This document shows, in pieces, positions 1 through 6,056 of a stretch of 11,782 nt of DNA. Made by a program: the position numbers and the translations under genes. The first letter of the stretch is position 1; every line of letters starts with the position of its first letter. Under the pieces are notes generated by a model. That model made no database searches. It saw nothing but the letters and a program-made list of their open reading frames with translations, and was not told where the DNA came from. The stretch lies in the NCBI GenBank assembly GCA_049971805.1, contig JBMFKU010000034.1, positions 1 through 11,782 of the forward strand, given 5' to 3'. This stretch comes from Caldisphaera sp. GTDB lineage: Archaea; Thermoproteota; Thermoprotei_A; Sulfolobales; Acidilobaceae.

Positions 1-180
1 GACAACCTTTAGGAAGTTCGATGGGAGTATAGTGGTGTTTCCCTCGACTAGCCCCAATGATTTAAGGGTGAGCCTGTATGATCCCTTAAGAGCTGTGGCT
101 CTTTAGAAGTAATTAAAAGTAAGGGTAAGTTATGTCACTGGTAAACATTGGATTTCATAAAATAGAGTTAAGCCACTCTT
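1..180 (+). mobile_element. Probable 3' end of a tnpB gene plus right end of an IS200/IS605- or IS607-type element (partial, possibly decayed)
   Basis: Frame 2 reads TTFRKFDGSIVVFPSTSPNDLRVSLYDPLRAVAL* (TAG 104-106) and a shifted frame continues LEVIKSKGKLCHW*TLDFIK*. From memory this resembles Sulfolobales TnpB C-terminal tails. GC is higher than the flank and there are three hairpins (15-49; TTAAGGG 62-68/CCCTTAA 83-89; AGAGT 164-168/ACTCT 175-179). No RuvC or zinc-finger motif lies inside the window; the right boundary is approximate. Confidence 0.45.
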
Positions 181-257
181 AGGGAATAACATAAAATCTT
201 TAAAGAGAACTATAAAAATTTGAATAGATATATAAAATAATGAAAAGGTGATTATCT

Positions 258-920
258 GTGAAATATAAATGGTACGATTTGAGTCATGTATATGAAGAGG
301 GTATGGTAGAAGGCTATGGACATTTACCACTAAAAACTGAGCATGTTACCAATGTAACTGGGTCTAGAATTACCAATATTACTATTAATTCGCACTCAGG
401 AACTCACATAGACGCTCCATACCACCTTATTAACGATGGAATAACAATTGACTTAATTCCTCCAGAATTTTTCACTGGGCTAGCAACAATATTAGACATT
501 CCAAAAAATGAGTTAGAACCTATTACATATGAAGATATAAAAAACAATTCTATGATTTTAGAAAAAGCAGATTTTGCCTTTATTAGAACTGGTTGGGAAA
601 ATCAATGGGGGAAAGATAGTTACATCTGGAAGTATCCTTATATTTTACCTGATGCAGCAAGCCTACTAACTAGATTTAAGATTAGAATAGTTGGTGTCGA
701 CACAATGTCACCTGATCCTTCAATAAAGAGCGGTCTTAGAAAAGGCTTTCCTGCTCATGATATCCTATTAAAAAATAATATATTAATCATTGAAAACCTT
801 ACTGGTCTTAAACCGCTTATAGGCAAAATTGTCGAGGCTTTTTGTTTTCCACTTAAAATCAAAAATGGTGATGGATCCCCAGTTAGAGTTGTTGCCAGAG
901 AACTAATTGATGAAAAATAA
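258..920 (+). CDS. Cyclase family metal-dependent hydrolase (kynurenine formamidase KynB / isatin hydrolase-like)
   Basis: HSGTHIDAPYH matches the family HxGTHxDxPxH motif; also DLSH, IRTGW, VGVDTMSPD, AHDILL, IIENL and GDGSPVRVVA. GTG start with AGGTGA at 246-251. Confidence 0.92.
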   Translation: MKYKWYDLSHVYEEGMVEGYGHLPLKTEHVTNVTGSRITNITINSHSGTHIDAPYHLINDGITIDLIPPEFFTGLATILDIPKNELEPITYEDIKNNSMILEKADFAFIRTGWENQWGKDSYIWKYPYILPDAASLLTRFKIRIVGVDTMSPDPSIKSGLRKGFPAHDILLKNNILIIENLTGLKPLIGKIVEAFCFPLKIKNGDGSPVRVVARELIDEK

Positions 921-1046
921 CACTAGCTTATAATAATATAATCAAATAAAATAAGATTAGATATAAAATTTGTATTCCATTTAAATACACTTTACTATAA
1001 ATCTTTATTAAGTTAAAATTGATATATTAATACATGAGGTTTAAAC

Positions 1047-1712
1047 ATGATTATGCTTGATTTGTTAGTAAAGAGCAGCTGTGGTCTATCAAGGATTGCT
1101 CATGACTTTGATAAGGAAGTCTTATCATTTTCTGTGTTACCTGTTGAAAAAAGTTTTAATTCCATAGTTGCTTTTGTAGAAGTTAAAGAGAAAGGTCAAG
1201 AATATAACATGAAATCTTGGAAAAAGAGATATAACGATTTTGCATCGCTTAATTGGGATAAAATAAGTAGCAATGGAATTTTAGTTAGAGGTATAAAAGA
1301 GGGTCATGGCATAGTTAAAACTATAGCTAAATATGATGCAACTTTAATTACTCCAACAATCGCAGGGGATGGATATGAGAGATTTTTAATTCTGATTAAA
1401 AGTAAGAAAAATTTAGATGACGTTGTAAACGAGATATCACGAAATAATGAAATTATTAGCTTTAATTATGGCGAAGCAACTGCAAAATCTATATTATATT
1501 GGACTTCTAAAATTATATTAGATTTAAGTGGTGTAAATAATAGGGAGTTCGAGGTTTTATATAAAGCATATAAATATGGTTATTTTTCATGGCCAAGAGA
1601 AATAAACTTGGAAGAACTTAGCTATAAAATTAACATGTCTCAACCAACTATTATTTACCATATAAGAAATACAATATATAAAATACTTTCTAACATTTTA
1701 CCTAGCTCATAA
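1047..1712 (+). CDS. Bat-type (HTH_10) helix-turn-helix transcriptional regulator with N-terminal putative sensor domain
   Basis: C-terminal REFEVLYKAYKYGYFSWPREINLEELSYKINMSQPTIIYHIR fits the HTH_10 pattern (AyxxGYFxxPRxxxLxELAxxLgiSxxTxxxHLR). GAGGT at 1037-1041 and TATA-like TTTATTAA at 1004-1011. Confidence 0.88.
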   Translation: MIMLDLLVKSSCGLSRIAHDFDKEVLSFSVLPVEKSFNSIVAFVEVKEKGQEYNMKSWKKRYNDFASLNWDKISSNGILVRGIKEGHGIVKTIAKYDATLITPTIAGDGYERFLILIKSKKNLDDVVNEISRNNEIISFNYGEATAKSILYWTSKIILDLSGVNNREFEVLYKAYKYGYFSWPREINLEELSYKINMSQPTIIYHIRNTIYKILSNILPSS

Positions 1713-2840
1713 TTAGATTACCTCTTTTTCTTTTAACTTAAGAATCTCCTCATCGGTGTAACCCAATTCTTGAAGGATTTCATATGTTGATTCTCCTAAA
1801 GGAGGAACCTTGTTGTTTTTAATTTCTTTAATAATTGGTGGAGCTGGTATTTTAATTTCCTTATCATTAAAGATTACGTCTACCATCTTTCTTGATGCAT
1901 GAGGATCTTGAAGAAGATCCCATGGCTTGTTTAATATAGCATACCCTATGTTGTTTTTATCAAATATGTTTACAAGTTCATCAGATGTATATTTTCTTAT
2001 TTCATTTTGGAGATAAGGTATCAAAAAGCCTCTATTTTTATATCTATCTTCATTTCTTTTAAATTTCTCTTCTCCACAAATTTTCAAGCTTAATGACTTA
2101 CAGAAATCTGTCCATTGCTTATCAGTTGTTACTGCAACAAATATAACTTTTTTATCTTTAGTGTCAAAAAAATCATAGATACCCCAGGCAAAACCTTCTT
2201 CATTTATTGGTAAAATCGGTCTTCCTAAAACCTGGTATGTAGAGATATGCTGACCTACAAAAAACATAGCTGTTTCAAATAATCCTATGTCAACAATTCC
2301 TCCTACTCCAGTTTTTTCTCTCTCTAAAAGCTTTTGCATAATTCCTATTACTGCAAACATAGCAGCTCCTATGTCAACAATAGATGCCCCTAGTCTCATA
2401 GGTTTATCCTTCAATCCTGTCATATAAGCCAATCCGCTGTGGACTTCGATTGGATAGTCTAAGGATTTTCTGTTTTCATATGGTCCATAGCTGTAGGCTT
2501 TTAGAGATGCATAAATAATTCTTGGATTTATTTTTTTAATTTCCTCATATCCCAAACCAGCCTTATCCAAAGTTCCCCTAGCCAAATTATCTATTAGAAC
2601 ATCAACAGTTTTTAGTAACTTTTTAAAAACTTCTTTCCCTTCATCTTTGAGTATATCGAGAGATATGCTTTTCTTTCCCCAGTTAAGGTATGGAAATGTA
2701 CCTGAGCTACTACCTGGTAATCTCCTTGCTATATCACCTTCATTGGGTTTTTCGATTTTTATTACTTCAAATCCTAATGAAGATAAAAGTAAACCTGCCG
2801 TAGGACCAGCAACTATATGGCCTATTTCTAATGCCTTCAT
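1713..2840 (-). CDS. CoA-transferase family III (CaiB/BaiF)
   Basis: VAGP, LGFEVIKIEKP, GDIAR, NWGKKSISLD, DVLIDN, GLGYEEIKKINPRIIYAS and putative catalytic Asp in GASIVDIGAAM; C-terminal PPLGESTYEILQELGY. GAGGTG RBS overlaps the end of the upstream gene. Confidence 0.95.
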   Translation of the reverse strand: MKALEIGHIVAGPTAGLLLSSLGFEVIKIEKPNEGDIARRLPGSSSGTFPYLNWGKKSISLDILKDEGKEVFKKLLKTVDVLIDNLARGTLDKAGLGYEEIKKINPRIIYASLKAYSYGPYENRKSLDYPIEVHSGLAYMTGLKDKPMRLGASIVDIGAAMFAVIGIMQKLLEREKTGVGGIVDIGLFETAMFFVGQHISTYQVLGRPILPINEEGFAWGIYDFFDTKDKKVIFVAVTTDKQWTDFCKSLSLKICGEEKFKRNEDRYKNRGFLIPYLQNEIRKYTSDELVNIFDKNNIGYAILNKPWDLLQDPHASRKMVDVIFNDKEIKIPAPPIIKEIKNNKVPPLGESTYEILQELGYTDEEILKLKEKEVI

Positions 2841-2842
2841 AA

Positions 2843-3886
2843 TTACACCTCTTTAGAAAGCTTTAATACATCTTCATAGGTTAACGCCTTACCGTCTTTT
2901 ACGCTAATCTCCTTTACTAAGTTTACTAGGGATGCAAGTTTTTCATCACTTAAATTAATTCCATATTTATCTAATATTTTCTTTATTAGACTTTTTCCAG
3001 CATAAACATTTACCGAGAACCTCTCTTGAGAAAATACTGATATATAAGATGCATGTGTACCTGCTGTCATTGTGTTTGTGTTTATTCCCACTATAGGAAA
3101 ATTATAAAAGAAAAATTTGTATCCTATCTTCTTTAAAATTAAATCCTCTACGTATTTGTATAACTCCAATAGAGCTGTTTCATCCAATCTCAAATTATAT
3201 CCCTCTTTTTTTAAAGCATTGTACATTACAAACAAGTCGGCAATTCCATTCCTTTCTCCGATACCATATACAGTAACTGAAACTGATGTTGCTCCCTCTT
3301 CAATGGCTGCTAAACAATTTGAAACTGATAGTCCGTAATCATTGTGGCAATGAACTTCAATATCTATATTGTTTTTTAAAATTTTTAACGAATCTTTTAT
3401 TAAATTCCTCATGAATTTTGGTGTAGCATTGCCAGTTGTGTCTGGAAGTTGTACTTTCCTTAAGCCTATTTCATCGAGCTTTTTTAGAATATCAATTACA
3501 GCAGATCTATTTGCTACCACATCAACTAGTGCAACACTTGTAAATTCGTCTTTTTTTAGAGAGTATTTAATATCATCAATAATTTTATCTATATTTTCAT
3601 ATTTAAATGGAAAATGCAATGCAATATGAGCCCCACAATTAAAAATTTCATCAATATCGCTTTTAATAGCCCTTCCTAGCCCATAAACATTTTTTATGAG
3701 TTTTTTGTTAATTATTTCTTCTGTGACTTTCTTCTCTGACCAATGAGCTGATGGATAGCTAACTATTGCATTTTCAATACCTGATTTGCCTAATAATTCT
3801 GCAATTTTTATTTTTTCCTCAATCTTAAACGAAATTCCTGGTGATTGAAGGCCTTCTCTTAATGTATCATCTACTAATTGGACCAA
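2843..3886 (-). CDS. DRE-TIM metallolyase, LeuA/homocitrate synthase-like, lacking the C-terminal regulatory domain; substrate unknown
   Basis: DDTLREGLQSPG (D-R motif), LPDTTG, EVHCHNDYGLSVSN (HxH metal site) and GIGERNG. TTG start with GGGG purine tract 7-10 nt upstream. Only 2 nt separate it from the CoA-transferase gene. Confidence 0.87.
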   Translation of the reverse strand: MVQLVDDTLREGLQSPGISFKIEEKIKIAELLGKSGIENAIVSYPSAHWSEKKVTEEIINKKLIKNVYGLGRAIKSDIDEIFNCGAHIALHFPFKYENIDKIIDDIKYSLKKDEFTSVALVDVVANRSAVIDILKKLDEIGLRKVQLPDTTGNATPKFMRNLIKDSLKILKNNIDIEVHCHNDYGLSVSNCLAAIEEGATSVSVTVYGIGERNGIADLFVMYNALKKEGYNLRLDETALLELYKYVEDLILKKIGYKFFFYNFPIVGINTNTMTAGTHASYISVFSQERFSVNVYAGKSLIKKILDKYGINLSDEKLASLVNLVKEISVKDGKALTYEDVLKLSKEV

Positions 3887-3998
3887 GCTTAACCCCTTTT
3901 TTATATCTTTTCAATTTCCTATTTACTTTATATAAAACCCCTTTTATGTAATCATTATTAAGCTTAACACGTCATTGTGTACTCAAAGGGTGATATAA
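3887..3998. promoter_or_regulatory. Divergent promoter region between the DRE-TIM/CoA-transferase operon and the MFS gene
   Basis: 112-bp gap between head-to-head genes; TTTATATAAA (3927-3936) is a TATA-like element readable on both strands; GGGTGA RBS at 3988-3993. Confidence 0.6.
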
Positions 3999-5351
3999 TT
4001 GGGCACTAGCATGAATAAGCATTCTATTGCTGCAAGACTAGATAGAATACCATGGACTAGTTTACACACAAAACTTCTTATATTATTAAGCCTCGGGGAA
4101 TTTTTTGATTTATACGATTTATTTGTGGGAGGCTTTACTGTTGCGCCAATACATCTTTATTATCATGTAAGCGTTTCAACCTCAATATTTTATACAATAG
4201 CAATATTCTTCTTAGGAGCATTTGTAGGAGTAATACTTTTAGGATATATAGGGGATTATGTTGGTAGAAAGACAGTTATAGTAATAAATATGGCAATAAT
4301 GAGCGTTGCATATTTGTTGACCCCGTTCTCGCCAAACATTTATGTATTAGGAACTCTGAGGTTTTTTGCAGGTCTTGGAGCAGGTCCAGAAGCAATACTT
4401 GTTGTAGACATAATGTCAACAGAATTCTTCCAGCCTTCAATGAGAGGAAAAAGGCTTGCAACCGCATATACTATAGCTTGGTTATCTCCATTAGTAGTTA
4501 CAAGTATTGCAATATTTACTATACCAGCCCATTGGCAATGGGTGTATTGGGTCGGAGGAATAGGTATTTTATCTATAATTCCATTAAGATTTATGATACC
4601 TGAATCTCCTAGATGGTTAGAAGTTCATGGTAAATATGACGAAGCAGATAAAATAGTTGCACAATTCGAGCAACAGGCAACAAAAGAAGGAAAAACTTTA
4701 CCCGAACCTGTTGAGGTTGAAGTAATTAAAACCAAAAAAGTTCCTCTTAGAGATGCATTTAAAGGGCCTTATTTAAAGAGAATGATAATGTTAATAATTT
4801 TTCAATTCTTCCAAGCAGCTGTATATTATGGCTTTACTTCTCTTGCACCAACAGTTCTATATGAAAAAGGTTTTACTTTTGCCAAATCTACAACAATGAC
4901 GTTTGTGATTTATACTGGATATTTTATAGGTTCTTTAATATCGATATTTATAATAGATAAAAAATTATTTGACAGGAAATGGCAAATTGTAACTTATATT
5001 ATACTAGCTGGCTTATTTGGTATTGCGTTCGGATATTCTAGAACTATAGCGCTTTTGGAAATATCAGGTTTTCTGTTAGCTATTTTTCTTAATCTATTCT
5101 CGAATACTTACCATATGTATACAGCTGAAATCCTACCTACTAGAGTAAGAGCAGCAGCTGACGGTTTGCAATACAGTTTAAGCAGATTAGGGACTTTCAT
5201 CTTATTAACAGTTTTAGGAACTATATTAGTTTCTTCTGGACCTCTTACATTGTTCTTGGTGACATTTGCTTTTTCACTAATAGTAGGTATAGATATTGCC
5301 GTATTGGGTCCAAGTGCAACAGGTCAAAGAGTTGAAGTTATAGCAAAATAA
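3999..5351 (+). CDS. MFS transporter (sugar porter-like / aromatic acid:H+ symporter, YdjE/NiaP-like)
   Basis: RLDRIP N-terminus, FFDLYD in TM1, motif A GYIGDYVGRK, LRFFAGLG, EFFQPSMRGK, PESPRWL, EILPTRVRA and about 12 hydrophobic segments. Start is TTG 3999 (RBS supported) or ATG 4011. Confidence 0.95.
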   Translation: MGTSMNKHSIAARLDRIPWTSLHTKLLILLSLGEFFDLYDLFVGGFTVAPIHLYYHVSVSTSIFYTIAIFFLGAFVGVILLGYIGDYVGRKTVIVINMAIMSVAYLLTPFSPNIYVLGTLRFFAGLGAGPEAILVVDIMSTEFFQPSMRGKRLATAYTIAWLSPLVVTSIAIFTIPAHWQWVYWVGGIGILSIIPLRFMIPESPRWLEVHGKYDEADKIVAQFEQQATKEGKTLPEPVEVEVIKTKKVPLRDAFKGPYLKRMIMLIIFQFFQAAVYYGFTSLAPTVLYEKGFTFAKSTTMTFVIYTGYFIGSLISIFIIDKKLFDRKWQIVTYIILAGLFGIAFGYSRTIALLEISGFLLAIFLNLFSNTYHMYTAEILPTRVRAAADGLQYSLSRLGTFILLTVLGTILVSSGPLTLFLVTFAFSLIVGIDIAVLGPSATGQRVEVIAK

Positions 5352-5439
5352 AAATATTTTTAAATTAAATAATTTTTTAAATAATTTTAAAATTTTTATA
5401 ATTTATAGTATTAAGAGATTGTTATTAATTATTTATCAG

Positions 5440-5463
5440 ATTGTTAACTCCCCAGTTAACAAT
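5440..5463. repeat. Perfect 10-bp inverted repeat with 4-nt spacer (terminator hairpin or protein-binding site)
   Basis: ATTGTTAACT-cccc-AGTTAACAAT, in the AT-rich gap between the convergent MFS and NifX-like genes. Confidence 0.8.
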
Positions 5464-5542
5464 TTAATAGTTTTAATTTTGTAGTATAGATAATAAAGTT
5501 AAGTAACTTTTTCCTAATATATTATCGTATTTTAATTAAAAT

Positions 5543-5953
5543 TTAATCGCTATTAGTTAACTCCTTAAATTCTTCTGAATTCAAGAAGTTAATTATTTCA
5601 TTTAGATTCTCAAAATAAATTCCTAGTATTACTTTCTTTTTTAAACCTTCTAATCCAGCAACGATAGCTCTACCCATATGATATGCTAAAATAACATCAA
5701 CATCTTTTAGGGTATTTATAACTGCTAGATGCCATCTTGCATGTTCAGGATCAGTTTCATGATCTTCATCTTCATGCATTCCATGGCCATGCATTCCATG
5801 TTCATGCCTTTCTCTTGGATGTTTTGCATTAACTTGTCTGCACTCCTTATTCTTTATTCCTCCATTTTCAAAATCTAAAACCAAGAATTTACCAGATCCA
5901 GGTCCTCCATAAGATATTGATCTGCAATCGTCGGTTGGAAATGCTACCTTCAT
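5543..5953 (-). CDS. NifX/NifB-family (FeMo-cofactor-binding fold) protein with His/acid-rich insert, probable metal-binding protein
   Basis: MKVAFPTDD N-terminus, KFLVLDFENG strand, then NTLKDVDVILAYHMG and KKVILG, typical of the family; 9 His in residues 45-75. GGTGA RBS upstream. Confidence 0.8.
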   Translation of the reverse strand: MKVAFPTDDCRSISYGGPGSGKFLVLDFENGGIKNKECRQVNAKHPRERHEHGMHGHGMHEDEDHETDPEHARWHLAVINTLKDVDVILAYHMGRAIVAGLEGLKKKVILGIYFENLNEIINFLNSEEFKELTNSD

Positions 5954-6056
5954 TTTTTCACCAATTTAGATGTTTTTCGTAAAATTAAAAAATTATCTAT
6001 ATATATATGATCTTAAATTTTTAATATTCTATTGTAAATAATTTTAGTAGAAAAAG

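Noticed and set aside
130-330. 66-aa minus-strand ORF
   Set aside because: Overlaps the cyclase start and promoter in antisense; no recognisable motif.
2647-3629. Plus-strand ORFs 2647-2856, 3117-3338 and 3369-3629
   Set aside because: Antisense shadows of the CoA-transferase and DRE-TIM genes.
2843-3886. Assigning leuA, cimA or lysine-pathway homocitrate synthase
   Set aside because: Biosynthetic context absent and several family residues differ.
4276-4467. 63-aa minus-strand ORF
   Set aside because: Lies antisense within the MFS gene.
5543-5953. Nitrogen fixation gene
   Set aside because: NifX-like domains are widespread in non-diazotrophs and no other nif genes are present.
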